NCBI GenBank assembly: GCA_964522195.1
Contig: CAZFSV010000003.1
Coordinates: forward strand, 29,575 to 93,574
Reading direction: 5' to 3'
Length of the DNA stretch: 64,000 bases
DNA from: an uncultured Candidatus Saccharibacteria bacterium
GTDB lineage: Bacteria > Patescibacteriota > Minisyncoccia > Phycocordibacterales > UBA9973
The translations under genes and the position numbers were made by a program. Shown here one piece after another: positions 39,593 to 49,266 of this stretch (within the stretch, counting starts at the first letter, position 1; each line of letters opens with the position of its first letter). Below the pieces are notes generated by a model that was not told where the DNA came from, ran no database searches, and saw only the letters and a program-made list of their open reading frames with translations.

Positions 39593-41047
39593 ATGGCGAA
39601 ACCAAATCGAGTTCAAATAATTAAATACGGTCCACCACCACCAGAGCTTCCAGTTTATGGCAAGGTAAAACCTGAAGAGGTTTCTTTTATTGGGCGGACT
39701 AATTACGTCGCTTCTCTCGAAGAGAAGAAATTTATTTTCGGTTTCAAGAGAGTCGACCGTCGTCGTCACTTGTATATTATAGGTAAGTCTGGAGTAGGTA
39801 AGACTAAACTTCTCGAACTTTTCTTGCGCCAAGATATCACTTATGGTCACGGACTTTGTCTTATCGATCCTCATGGAGACGTGATAGATTCTATGCTCGA
39901 TTATATTCCAAAAGAACGTATTGAAGACGTTTGTATTATCGATCCGTCTGACGTGAATTTCCCAGCCTCTTTCAATCCTCTAGCGAACGTCGACCCTATG
40001 TTTAAATTTCAATTGACTCAAGGTTTGATTGAAGTTTTTCAAAAGCAATTCGGTGCTAACTGGACTCCTCGTCTCGAGCACGTTTTTCGTTTTACATGTC
40101 TGGCACTACTGGACTATCCGTATGCGACCATGCGCGGAATGATATCTATGCTTACTGATAGAAATTATCGTCAGAAAGTAGTGGAATATATTCAAGACGA
40201 TATGGTCAAAAGATTCTTCGCTATTGAATTCGCGGACTGGTCTGAGAAATTCGATACTGATGCTATTATCCCGCTCGTGAATAAACTCGGTCAATTCTTG
40301 TCTGACCCTTTGCTCCGCAATATCTTCGGTCAGAAAGAAAATAAAATAGATATTAGTACTTTGATGAATGAGCAGAAAATTATTTTGATAAATCTTTCTA
40401 AAGGTAAAATCGGTGAAGAGAATTCTTCTTTCTTTGGATCTATGTTTTTGACCAAGATTAAACAAGCTGGTATGGAACGCGCGCATATCTTAGAGAAAGA
40501 TCGTAAAGATTTTTATATTTATGTCGACGAGTTCCAAAACGTCGTGACTCAAACTTTCGAAAATATTCTATCGGAGGCTCGTAAATATGGATTGAACTTA
40601 ACCATGGCTCACCAATACGTCGGGCAGATTCAACCGAAAATCTATCAATCCATTCTCGGTAACGTTGGATCAATTATTTCTTTCCGTGTGGGAGGAGAAG
40701 ACGCGACTCGTTTGAAACCAGAATTCGACCCGCTTTTCGGAGTCAAAGATATGATCAACCTTGCTGTGGGAGAATTTTATATCAAGATGACTATCGACGG
40801 GGAGAGTTATGACCCTTTCTCAGCAGAGACTCTACGAGTATTACCTCCGACTCATACCTCCTACAGAGAAGAAATCATGGCAGCTTCACGTCGCAAATAT
40901 GCTATCTCAAAAGGTGACGCTCAGAGATTGATCCAAGAAGAGGAGTCTACTATAATTCGTAGTGCTGAAGAAAAAGCTGCGATAAAAGGTGCCGGCAGAA
41001 CAGAAGAAGGAGATAGAAAAGAAACGGAATCTGAACCTATGATATAA
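39593..41047 (+). CDS. VirD4/TraD-like type IV coupling ATPase, no TM anchor
   Basis: RRHLYIIGKSGVGKT Walker A, IDPHGD, YVDEFQN Walker B, SEARKYGL..AHQY. Confidence 0.9.
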   Translation: MAKPNRVQIIKYGPPPPELPVYGKVKPEEVSFIGRTNYVASLEEKKFIFGFKRVDRRRHLYIIGKSGVGKTKLLELFLRQDITYGHGLCLIDPHGDVIDSMLDYIPKERIEDVCIIDPSDVNFPASFNPLANVDPMFKFQLTQGLIEVFQKQFGANWTPRLEHVFRFTCLALLDYPYATMRGMISMLTDRNYRQKVVEYIQDDMVKRFFAIEFADWSEKFDTDAIIPLVNKLGQFLSDPLLRNIFGQKENKIDISTLMNEQKIILINLSKGKIGEENSSFFGSMFLTKIKQAGMERAHILEKDRKDFYIYVDEFQNVVTQTFENILSEARKYGLNLTMAHQYVGQIQPKIYQSILGNVGSIISFRVGGEDATRLKPEFDPLFGVKDMINLAVGEFYIKMTIDGESYDPFSAETLRVLPPTHTSYREEIMAASRRKYAISKGDAQRLIQEEESTIIRSAEEKAAIKGAGRTEEGDRKETESEPMI

Positions 41048-41120
41048 AACATAGAACATATTTTTTGCGGTCGCAAAAAATATGTTGATTTTTGATTGGA
41101 GCTTTGGTAAAATATGGTTC

Positions 41121-41984
41121 ATGAGTAAAGATTACTATCAAACATTAGGAGTAAATAAAAATGCCTCAAAAGACGAAATCAAAAAGGCTTTTTATAAGTT
41201 GGCTCATAAATATCATCCTGACAAAAAAGAAGGAGATGAAAAGAAATTCAAAGAGGTAAATGAAGCTTATCAAACCCTTTCAGATGATCAAAAACGAGCT
41301 CAGTATGATCGTTTTGGCTCAAATTATCAAAATATGGGTGGATCAGGTTACGGACAACAAGGTGGCGGTTTTGGAGGTTTTGAAGGTTTCGATTTCTCTC
41401 AAGGGTTCGGTCAAAATGGCGGAATGGAATTTGACTTGAATGATATCTTTTCTGATTTCTTTGGTGGAGGTGGAGGTAGGGCTCAAGCTCGTCGTGGACG
41501 AGATTTACAAACTGAAATAAATATTACTTTCTCAGAAGCTATACTAGGAGTAAATAAAAAAATTAGTATTACAAAAAATAGTGAATGTGATGCTTGTAAC
41601 GGTAAAGGAGCTAAAAAGGGAACTAAGATGGAAACCTGTAAAACTTGCGCGGGAAAAGGTAAAATTCAAGAAATGAAAAGAACTATCTTTGGTAATATTG
41701 CAAATACTCGTATTTGTGATACTTGCCAAGGAGCAGGAGAGATACCAAAAGAGGTTTGTGATACTTGCCACGGCAAGGGAATTATTAAGAAGACAGAAGA
41801 AATAAATATACCTATTCCGCAAGGGGTCTTAAGTGGTCAGAATTTGCGTATGTCTGGAGCTGGAGAAGCTGTATTTAGAGGAACGAAAGGGGATTTATAT
41901 ATAAAAGTAAATATTAAAATACCTAGCAAAATATCATCCAAAGCTCGTGAACTATTAGAAAAACTAAAAGAAGAAGGAATATAG
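41121..41984 (+). CDS. dnaJ: Chaperone DnaJ (start moved to ATG 41121)
   Basis: KDYY, HPD motif, G/F region, four CxxCxGxG; C-terminal part short. Confidence 0.93.
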   Translation: MSKDYYQTLGVNKNASKDEIKKAFYKLAHKYHPDKKEGDEKKFKEVNEAYQTLSDDQKRAQYDRFGSNYQNMGGSGYGQQGGGFGGFEGFDFSQGFGQNGGMEFDLNDIFSDFFGGGGGRAQARRGRDLQTEINITFSEAILGVNKKISITKNSECDACNGKGAKKGTKMETCKTCAGKGKIQEMKRTIFGNIANTRICDTCQGAGEIPKEVCDTCHGKGIIKKTEEINIPIPQGVLSGQNLRMSGAGEAVFRGTKGDLYIKVNIKIPSKISSKARELLEKLKEEGI

Positions 41985-42111
41985 GAATGAAAAAGCAAGG
42001 TTATAAAACCCTTGCTTTTTATCTTAATATATGTTATAGTATTTTTGATATGTTCCTTGAGAATTTTCTTTTTCAAGAACAAAAAAATTAATTAAATAAA
42101 AATATTAAATC

Positions 42112-42513
42112 ATGAATTGGTTAGTAATTTTTAAAAATTTCTTTATTTTTTTAGCTGTGGTCATATGGTCTTGTTATGCATTACTTTACAATGAAATACC
42201 AAATGGTAAATTTGTATTTATAGTTTATGCAATAACAGGTTTGGCATTCTTTTTAACAAAAGAAAATCAAATAAAAGTATCGCTGCTTATGTTGCTTGTA
42301 CTTTCTCCTGTTGTGGAAATTTTTTGGTTATTCTTTGAGTATAGTTTAACTATTAATGAATATGTAATCGATAAAAATGCCAATTTTAATTTTGCAGGGA
42401 TTGGAAGTATTATACTTTTTTGTGTAGGTATACCAATATTTTTAGTTCTTTTTGACGAAATGGTTTTAAAAAAAATTAATGAATTAAAAGCCAAAAAAGA
42501 ACAAAAATTTTAA
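42112..42513 (+). CDS. Orphan 4-TM membrane protein
   Basis: Hydrophobic ORF behind a TTGCTT-17-TATAGT promoter. Confidence 0.6.
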   Translation: MNWLVIFKNFFIFLAVVIWSCYALLYNEIPNGKFVFIVYAITGLAFFLTKENQIKVSLLMLLVLSPVVEIFWLFFEYSLTINEYVIDKNANFNFAGIGSIILFCVGIPIFLVLFDEMVLKKINELKAKKEQKF

Positions 42514-42536
42514 TTAATTTTTAAATTTTTTTTAAA

Positions 42537-42716
42537 ATGAATAATATTAATTTTAATGAAATATTCACTAAAAGCTTAATCGCTTTAGTGAGTACAGGTG
42601 TTGGAGTACTTGGACTTCAAATATATCAATCCACAAAAATTGATATAGCATACCTTGCTTTTGAAATAATTTTAATTTTTTTTGTTTTTATTCTAATAAT
42701 TTTTAAATGGGAATAA
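42537..42716 (+). CDS. Small 59-aa 2-TM protein (not in the ORF track)
   Basis: Hand translation MNNINFNEIFTKSLIALVSTGVGVLGLQIYQSTKIDIAYLAFEIILIFFVFILIIFKWE. Confidence 0.5.
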   Translation: MNNINFNEIFTKSLIALVSTGVGVLGLQIYQSTKIDIAYLAFEIILIFFVFILIIFKWE

Positions 42717-42805
42717 GAACAAATTAATAAAGAAAACTTTAATCTTGTCTTGTTTAACTTCAAAAAACAAAAATCGGGCGATTTATCTACCCGATTTTTT
42801 TATTT

Positions 42806-43705
42806 TTATTTCAACCTATTTTTAAACTTTTTAGTAATTATTGAATAGATTAGTTGAGCGGAAGAGTATTCTGTAATTACCGTTTCTTTTTGTGGACTTA
42901 CTTCGACTATATCGGCTCCAATTAATTCAAATTTTGAGATTGCTTTATCTAGTAGTTCCATACCGTAGTCCCAAGTTAATCCTCCTGGTACAGGAGTTCC
43001 AGTGCCAGGCATGACAGAGGGATCAAATCCGTCCACGTCGATAGTGATATATAAATATTTAGTTTTGATAGATTTTATAATTTCTTCTATCTTTGGTAAT
43101 TTTTTTGGAAAACCTGATTCAAACATTTGAATATTTTTATTTTGATTTACGTATGTGTATTCGTCACTTGAGAAACTTCTCGCTCCGACGTTTAAAATAT
43201 TGTATCCAAGTTCATGAGCTCGACGCATTATGGTCGAATGAGCCAGATGGGTAGGATTGGTACTATAATCTGAATCGTCGTTGCGTAAATCCAAATGAGC
43301 GTCTATTTGTAGAATAGTCACATCTTTTGGATTATATTTTTGACTTAAAGTTTTATATAGTCCAAGTGGTACAGAATGTTCTCCACCTAAAATAAAAACA
43401 AATTTATCAGCATTTACTAATTTGTCTGTAGATTTATGAATTTTTTGATAAACTGCTTCTGGTTTTAGGGTGTTTAGATTACCTAGATCTGTGTGTGAAG
43501 TTTTAACATAATCAATAATTTCTTTTTGGTATTCACGATCAAAGAACTCTATTTGAGTTGCTAGATTTTTAATTACACTCTTTGGGCCGTTGACTGTACC
43601 TTTGTGACTTGAGGCTGTTTTGTCATAAGGAGCAGAAACTAATACCACATCCGCATTTTCCCATTTTTTTTCATTAATTATTGATTTGATTTTTTGTTTT
43701 GACAT
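42806..43705 (-). CDS. speB: Agmatinase (ureohydrolase family)
   Basis: GGEHS, DAHLD, TIDVDGFDPS..PGTGTPVPGGL, DIVEVSP. Confidence 0.9.
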   Translation of the reverse strand: MSKQKIKSIINEKKWENADVVLVSAPYDKTASSHKGTVNGPKSVIKNLATQIEFFDREYQKEIIDYVKTSHTDLGNLNTLKPEAVYQKIHKSTDKLVNADKFVFILGGEHSVPLGLYKTLSQKYNPKDVTILQIDAHLDLRNDDSDYSTNPTHLAHSTIMRRAHELGYNILNVGARSFSSDEYTYVNQNKNIQMFESGFPKKLPKIEEIIKSIKTKYLYITIDVDGFDPSVMPGTGTPVPGGLTWDYGMELLDKAISKFELIGADIVEVSPQKETVITEYSSAQLIYSIITKKFKNRLK

Positions 43706-43926
43706 TAATAAATTTTAGCATTTTATGATTTATATGAAAAGTGATATAATGCCCATGTGAATATAAATTTATTATATGCAATCAGAATTAATAAATATTA
43801 TTTAAACTAAAAGTTTTTTATAAGATTTTTAGTGGTATTTTGGATTCTTGAAATAGAAATTACTGATAATAAATAGTAAGTTTAATAATTTTAAATACAT
43901 TAAAAACATAATTTTAAAAGTAAAAA

Positions 43927-44901
43927 ATGATGAATAAAAAATTAAAATTAGGAGTTATTTTTGGAGGCAAATCAGCAGAGCATGAAGTTTCTATAAATTC
44001 AGCTAAAAACATAATTAATTCTTTAGACAAAGAAAAATACGAAGTTATACCTGTAAAAATAGGTAAAGACGGTAAGATTCCTTTTAATAAACTAATTAAA
44101 TTGGATGTAGCTTTTCCTATCATTCATGGACCTTTTGGAGAAGATGGATCTTTGCAGGGGGTTTTTAAGATTTTAAATATTCCTTTTGTGGGTCCTTCGG
44201 TTTTAGGTAGTGCAGTAGGTATGGATAAAGATGTTATGAAGAGACTACTTAATGAAGCGGGTATAAAAAACGCTAAAGGTATAGTTTTAAAATATAATGA
44301 AAAATTAACTTTTGAAAAAGCTAAGGCTGTTTTAGGATTACCTATGTTTGTAAAACCTGCTAATTTAGGTTCTTCTGTAGGAGTATCTAAAGTAGAAAAT
44401 AAAAAAGATTTTATTGAAGCTATAAAAGAAGCTTTTAAATATGATATTAAAATAATAATAGAAGAAGCTATTATAGGTCGCGAGCTTGAATGTTCTGTTT
44501 TAGGAAATGAAAAACCAATTGCGTCCCCAATAGGCGAAGTTATAATGAATACAAGTTCGTTCTATTCTTATGATGCAAAATACATAGAGTCTGAAGGAGC
44601 TATCACTGAAATCCCAGCGAAAAATTTATCGAAATCAGATATCAAAAAATTACAAGATACTGCAATTGCCGTTTTTCAAACTTTATGCTGTGAAGGTTTA
44701 TCGAGGGTTGATATGTTTTTAACTAAAAAAGGAGAGATATATGTAAATGAAATAAATACTTTGCCAGGTTTTACTGATATCAGTATGTATCCTAAGCTTT
44801 TTGCACTAAAAGGAATAAATCAAAGTATTCTGATTGATAAATTAATATTACTTGCAATAGAGAGATTTGAAAGAGACTCTAAATTAATTACTAGTATCTA
44901 A
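43927..44901 (+). CDS. ddl: D-alanine--D-alanine ligase
   Basis: GGKSAEHEVS, HGPFGEDG, GSSVG, FYSYDAKY, NEINTLPGFT. Confidence 0.96.
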   Translation: MMNKKLKLGVIFGGKSAEHEVSINSAKNIINSLDKEKYEVIPVKIGKDGKIPFNKLIKLDVAFPIIHGPFGEDGSLQGVFKILNIPFVGPSVLGSAVGMDKDVMKRLLNEAGIKNAKGIVLKYNEKLTFEKAKAVLGLPMFVKPANLGSSVGVSKVENKKDFIEAIKEAFKYDIKIIIEEAIIGRELECSVLGNEKPIASPIGEVIMNTSSFYSYDAKYIESEGAITEIPAKNLSKSDIKKLQDTAIAVFQTLCCEGLSRVDMFLTKKGEIYVNEINTLPGFTDISMYPKLFALKGINQSILIDKLILLAIERFERDSKLITSI

Positions 44902-44902
44902 A

Positions 44903-46036
44903 ATGACAAAAAAACCTTCATCTTATATAGAAATTTCAGGTCAAAATTTGATTTACAACTTGACTCAATTTAGAAAACTTATAAAAAAAGAAACAGAATT
45001 AGCTTTTGCTATTAAAGGTAATGCTTATGGACACGGTCAAAATGAAATTGCTAAAATTGCCGAAAAATACGTGGATTATTTTTTTGTAAATAGCTTACTT
45101 GAACTTGAGCTTCTACGAAAAGTTAGTAAGAAAAAAACTTTTCTTTTTGGTTTCGTGCAAAACTCTGATTTGAAAAAAGCTATTAAATTAAAGGCTATTT
45201 TAGCAATCTTTAGTAAAGATCAATTATTAGAGTTGATTAAAATTACAAATAAAACAAAAGAAATAATTGAAATCCATATACCTGTGGATGCATTACTTGG
45301 ACGAGAAGGTTTTTTAATGGAAGAATTTAAAGAAATTTTAGATATTTTAAAAAATTCAAAATATATTAAACTTGCTGGTATTTATGGACATTTTGCAAAC
45401 ATAGAAGATGTGAATAATTTTACTTATGCAAAAAAGCAAATAAATGAATATAAGAAGTTTTTAAAAATTTTAGAAAAATCTGATTTTAAAAACATTAAAA
45501 CTCATATTTCGGCAACTTCTGGAGTTTTAGTTTATGAAAAAAATTTAGGTTTAAATAATATTGTAAGAGTTGGAATAGGAGCTTATGGTCTTTGGCCCTC
45601 AGCACATATTAAATATATATACAAAAATAAATTAGAATTAAAACCTGTTTTAAGTTTTAAAACAAAATTAGCACAAATTAAAATTTTGGATGAGGGAAAA
45701 ACTATAGGTTATGGACTTACATATATGACCATAGAAAAAACTAAAATCGGAATAATTCCTTTAGGTTATGCTGATGGTATAGACAGGAGACTCTCTAATA
45801 TTGGTGAAGTTTTAATTAATGGAGAACGGTGCAGTATTTTAGGTAGAGTTTCTATGAATATGATCGTAGTTAATTTAAATAATTTAAAAGAAGTAGAGGT
45901 AGGGGATGAAGTAGTAATGATTGGCAAGCAAGGGAAAAATGAAATATCAGCTGAAGATATTGCTTTTAAAATAGGTTCTATAAATTACGAAGTAGTAACT
46001 AGATTGAGTTCTGTTTTGCCTAGAGTGATAAAATAA
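44903..46036 (+). CDS. alr: Alanine racemase
   Basis: AIKGNAYGHG, GYG, GYADG, GRVSMN, INYE. Confidence 0.94.
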   Translation: MTKKPSSYIEISGQNLIYNLTQFRKLIKKETELAFAIKGNAYGHGQNEIAKIAEKYVDYFFVNSLLELELLRKVSKKKTFLFGFVQNSDLKKAIKLKAILAIFSKDQLLELIKITNKTKEIIEIHIPVDALLGREGFLMEEFKEILDILKNSKYIKLAGIYGHFANIEDVNNFTYAKKQINEYKKFLKILEKSDFKNIKTHISATSGVLVYEKNLGLNNIVRVGIGAYGLWPSAHIKYIYKNKLELKPVLSFKTKLAQIKILDEGKTIGYGLTYMTIEKTKIGIIPLGYADGIDRRLSNIGEVLINGERCSILGRVSMNMIVVNLNNLKEVEVGDEVVMIGKQGKNEISAEDIAFKIGSINYEVVTRLSSVLPRVIK

Positions 46037-46121
46037 ATATTTTTACTATTGATTTTTTGTTTAAAATGTGTTTTAATTTATTTGAATAAAAATATTTTTT
46101 AAAAATTTAAATTTGAAAGTT

Positions 46122-46784
46122 ATGAGAAATTTATTTTTTTTATTGTTCTTAGTAATTCCTTTTTCAGTTTTTTCACAATATGATGAGAAAGAAAAAGAAG
46201 AAGAAAAAACTGAAAAGCAAACCACAAAATTCACCTGTGATGACTTACTCAAAGAGCATTTGGCTTCCTGCGAGCGTTGCGCTACTGGGGACAAATGTTA
46301 CACTCGGCGAGATATTATTGACTTTTGTTCTGGTAAAAAAGAGCAAGAGTTAATAGTGGTTGATCCTGGCTCGGATAATTGTGGATGTCCTACTTATGGT
46401 TTTCATTATCCTCAAGTAAGTCCTTGGTTTAATGAATATTATACACCTTACAACACAGGATTTTATTATACGGGACCTACTTTTGGTTATGGTTCTGGTT
46501 TAAATCTTTCTGTAGGAGTTAGGGGAGGATATTTTGTTGGAGGAGCTTATCCGAATTTAGGGTCTTATTATGGTAGAGCCTATTATAATTCTTACGGAGG
46601 ATATTACGGCCGAGGGTCTTATTATGGTAGAGGCTATTATAATTATCAAGGAGGATATTACGGTAGAGGTAACTACTACGGTCAAGGTGGTTTCCATGGT
46701 AATGGAAATTATTATAATCACGGAGGAGGAAGTAGTAGAGGGAGCTATTATGGCTCTAGAAAAACGACACAACGGGGTCGTTAA
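46122..46784 (+). CDS. Secreted Cys-containing protein with Gly/Tyr-rich low-complexity tail
   Basis: Signal peptide, seven Cys, GxYYGRG repeats. Confidence 0.65.
   Translation: MRNLFFLLFLVIPFSVFSQYDEKEKEEEKTEKQTTKFTCDDLLKEHLASCERCATGDKCYTRRDIIDFCSGKKEQELIVVDPGSDNCGCPTYGFHYPQVSPWFNEYYTPYNTGFYYTGPTFGYGSGLNLSVGVRGGYFVGGAYPNLGSYYGRAYYNSYGGYYGRGSYYGRGYYNYQGGYYGRGNYYGQGGFHGNGNYYNHGGGSSRGSYYGSRKTTQRGR
46560..46667 (+). repeat. 54-nt tandem coding repeat, two copies plus a decayed third
   Basis: GSYYGRAYYNSYGGYYGR / GSYYGRGYYNYQGGYYGR. Confidence 0.85.
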
Positions 46785-46880
46785 AAAAAATAAAACAAAA
46801 AAGGAATACCCCTACTTATCATTTTTGGTAAGTAGGGATTTTTATTTGCTTTTTTAGGTTTTTTATACTATTATGTAGAA

Positions 46881-47036
46881 ATGTCACAAGATAGACTTAT
46901 AAAAATACAAAACAAGGATACAAAAGAGATTTATTATACAAGAAAGAACAAGAAAACTGTTACCAAGAAACTTGAACTTAAAAAGTATAGTAGAAAGCTT
47001 AGAAAACATGTTGTTTTTAAAGAAATCAAGAAATAA
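46881..47036 (+). CDS. rpmG: 50S ribosomal protein L33, Cys-free form (not in the ORF track)
   Basis: Hand translation MSQDRLIKIQNKDTKEIYYTRKNKKTVTKKLELKKYSRKLRKHVVFKEIKK. Confidence 0.93.
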   Translation: MSQDRLIKIQNKDTKEIYYTRKNKKTVTKKLELKKYSRKLRKHVVFKEIKK

Positions 47037-47174
47037 TTTCTCTTTTAAAATTTATTTGTTATAATAACTAAACGATAAGGTAAAACTTATCGTTTAGTTC
47101 TTTTTAGGGTATTTATATCCTATTGAAAACATTATTATTCGTATGTTTTCACCCTAGCGCAAGCTAGGGTTTTA

Positions 47175-47245
47175 GGGCGATTAGTTTAGTGGTAGAACAA
47201 CGGTCTCCAAAACCGTTGGCGGGAGTTCGATTCTCTCATCGCCCG
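47175..47245 (+). tRNA. tRNA-Trp(CCA)
   Basis: GGGCGAT/ATCGCCC acceptor stem; ACGGT-CTCCAAA-ACCGT. Confidence 0.96.
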
Positions 47246-47247
47246 CA

Positions 47248-47428
47248 AAAAAAGAACAGCGAAAGCTGTTTTTTTTGTTGGGCGATAGCAGGCAAACTAC
47301 TTTGCCTGTGTGAGGAATCGAAAGGCGGAACTATATTTTTTGAGCACAAAAAATAAGTGAGCCAGGGTTGTGAAAATTTTCAAGCGACGGCGAGAAAATT
47401 ATTCCTGACCGGTCTCTCATCGCCCGCA
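47248..47428 (+). repeat. tRNA-associated structured element ending in a 16-nt direct repeat of the tRNA-Trp 3' end
   Basis: TCTCTCATCGCCCGCA at 47232-47247 and 47413-47428; antisense GGGCGAT..GAGGAATCGAA at about 47280-47322; AGGGTTGTGAAAATTTTC..GAAAATTATTCCTGACC. Confidence 0.85.
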
Positions 47429-47429
47429 T

Positions 47430-47543
47430 TTGACAAAATAGCTAAAATATGTTAATCTACTTCAAGTAGTAGAGTTCTTTAATATTTTGTTTTGTGTATT
47501 GCTTTTTGGACGTCATTTATTGATTTCTAGGGAGCAATATGCA
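47430..47543 (+). promoter_or_regulatory. Cassette 1 promoter, boxA-like motif and leader hairpin
   Basis: TTGACA-17-TAATCT with extended TG; GTTCTTTAAT at 47474; stem 47497-47539. Confidence 0.75.
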
Positions 47544-47566
47544 ATAACAATTAAAATAATTTTTAA

Positions 47567-48277
47567 ATGAAATTTAAAAAAGAAAATGATGGTACACATA
47601 TTTATGTGGAAAGTAATGAAGGTGAATTTGAAGTTTTACGTGCCATAGTACAGGCTTCATTTGATTCCTCTGTTCCTGTAGGAATGGGTTTACTAAACTT
47701 TAATAAGGGCGACAAGTTAAGCAGAAATGATGCAGAAAAATTTATTAACAAAACTGATTGGGATAGACCAGGGGCAAGTTTGGTTAATATGGATTACGTT
47801 GGCGGACGTCAGTGTAAAACATATATCAGTCGCGTTGATAAAAATCACTTCAGAATAGCAACTAATTCTTTTGAAAGAGATAGAGGCAATATTGAATTGA
47901 TGCTTGATTTGGTAAACCCAATCATTGAAAAAGACCGCAAGCCTGGTGAAAAAGTTAACCTGACTTCAACTTTTGTTGGTGAAAGTTTAGACAAAAAACT
48001 TACAGAATATGGTTACCAAAGATTACAAAATGAAGATGACTGGTCATTCAGAAAAAGAATTTTCCCTGATCTCTTTATTAAATGCCCTGGTGATCAAAGA
48101 TCTTTGGAATTTTTGTATGGCAAACCATTATCTGATTGGAATGAAATTGAAAGCATGCTTTCTCTAACAGTTTTAATGGAATCAAATGTTGATTATGCTC
48201 AATTGAAAAAGTTTGCAGATGATTTTGGTGGTGATCCATTAAAAATGTGGCCTATTGATCAAAGTATAGCTGTTTAA
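47567..48277 (+). CDS. Orphan protein, cassette 1
   Basis: 236-aa ORF with own promoter and terminator (48303-48340); contains MDYVGGRQCK. Confidence 0.75.
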   Translation: MKFKKENDGTHIYVESNEGEFEVLRAIVQASFDSSVPVGMGLLNFNKGDKLSRNDAEKFINKTDWDRPGASLVNMDYVGGRQCKTYISRVDKNHFRIATNSFERDRGNIELMLDLVNPIIEKDRKPGEKVNLTSTFVGESLDKKLTEYGYQRLQNEDDWSFRKRIFPDLFIKCPGDQRSLEFLYGKPLSDWNEIESMLSLTVLMESNVDYAQLKKFADDFGGDPLKMWPIDQSIAV

Positions 48278-48393
48278 TTTTTTTTCTTAAAAAATCACAA
48301 ATAAAAGGTAATTTATTTTATAAGTTGCCTTTTTTATTTTAGTTAATTTAAATATTATTGATACTAATTCTGATTAGCTCATGATTCTTCAAT

Positions 48394-48534
48394 AGTTCTG
48401 AAATCCAAACATCAAGTCCGCAGTTGACAAAATACTAAAATATGTTATTCTACTTGAAATAGTAGGGTTCTTTGATATTTTGTTTTGTATATTGCTCTCT
48501 GGGTGTCATTTTGGTTTCTAGGGAGCGATATGCA
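48394..48534 (+). repeat. Cassette boundary repeat R2 (29 nt) plus promoter, boxA-like motif and hairpin
   Basis: AGTTCTGAAATCCAAACATCAAGTCCGCA, TTGACA-16-TATTCT, GTTCTTTGAT, stem 48486-48534. Confidence 0.85.
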
Positions 48535-48558
48535 AATCATAATTTAAATAATTTTAAA

Positions 48559-49005
48559 ATGAAATTAAAAATTTCAGTAGAACAAGTAACAAATGGAAGA
48601 GAGTATAAGGGAATCATTGAAGGTTTGGGTGAAGACTTAAATTACAAATTAAAATTTGGTGTTCCTATAGACCAATTGGATAATCAAAAAGTACCTGAAA
48701 GTAAGGAAGAAGCAAGTATTTTTGCAAAAAAACTATTTAATTTTACTGTAAAAAAAGGAGAAGATTCTCTTGAAATGTCAGATGAACTATTTGCTTTTAT
48801 GGTTCAAACAGCAGGTCATCTTACGCTCACTTTTTACAGCGATGAACAAGCCCAAAGTTATAATAATGGCTCAGGTGTTTTATCAGAAGCTCTTAATAGT
48901 AAAGAAAACAGTTTAATGGGAGCTTTTGGTGCCAGTGTCTCGATTGGAATGTCTCGTTCAATCGATTTACCAAAAGAAAAATTACCTACTATTTTACAAA
49001 ATTAA
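48559..49005 (+). CDS. Orphan protein, cassette 2 (start moved to ATG 48559)
   Basis: The ATG sits at the position equivalent to the cassette 1 start; terminator at 49036-49071. Confidence 0.7.
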   Translation: MKLKISVEQVTNGREYKGIIEGLGEDLNYKLKFGVPIDQLDNQKVPESKEEASIFAKKLFNFTVKKGEDSLEMSDELFAFMVQTAGHLTLTFYSDEQAQSYNNGSGVLSEALNSKENSLMGAFGASVSIGMSRSIDLPKEKLPTILQN

Positions 49006-49116
49006 AAAAAATTTAAATTTTATTTCATAAAAAATAAAAGAGTAACTTAACTAAGTTGCTCTTTTTTATTTTTTATACTATTAATATCCCGTTTTATTAA
49101 ATTAGAATTTCTCAAA

Positions 49117-49255
49117 AGTTCTGAAATCCACTCATCAAGCCCGCATTTGACAAAATACTAAAATATGTTATTTTATTTTAAATAGTAGGGTTCTTTGATA
49201 TTGGATTTAGTTGGGTTTTCAGAGGAGATTTGGTCTTTTCTGATAACCTAATTAA
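49117..49255 (+). repeat. Cassette boundary repeat R3 plus promoter, boxA-like motif and hairpin
   Basis: AGTTCTGAAATCCACTCATCAAGCCCGCA, TTGACA-16-TATTTT, GTTCTTTGAT, stem 49207-49255. Confidence 0.85.
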
Positions 49256-49266
49256 ATAATTAAAAA

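Noticed and set aside
47424-47456. dif/pdif-like site (CCGCAT..TATGTTAAT)
   Set aside because: The spacing does not fit the 11-6-11 XerC/D layout; it is better explained as a -35/-10 promoter
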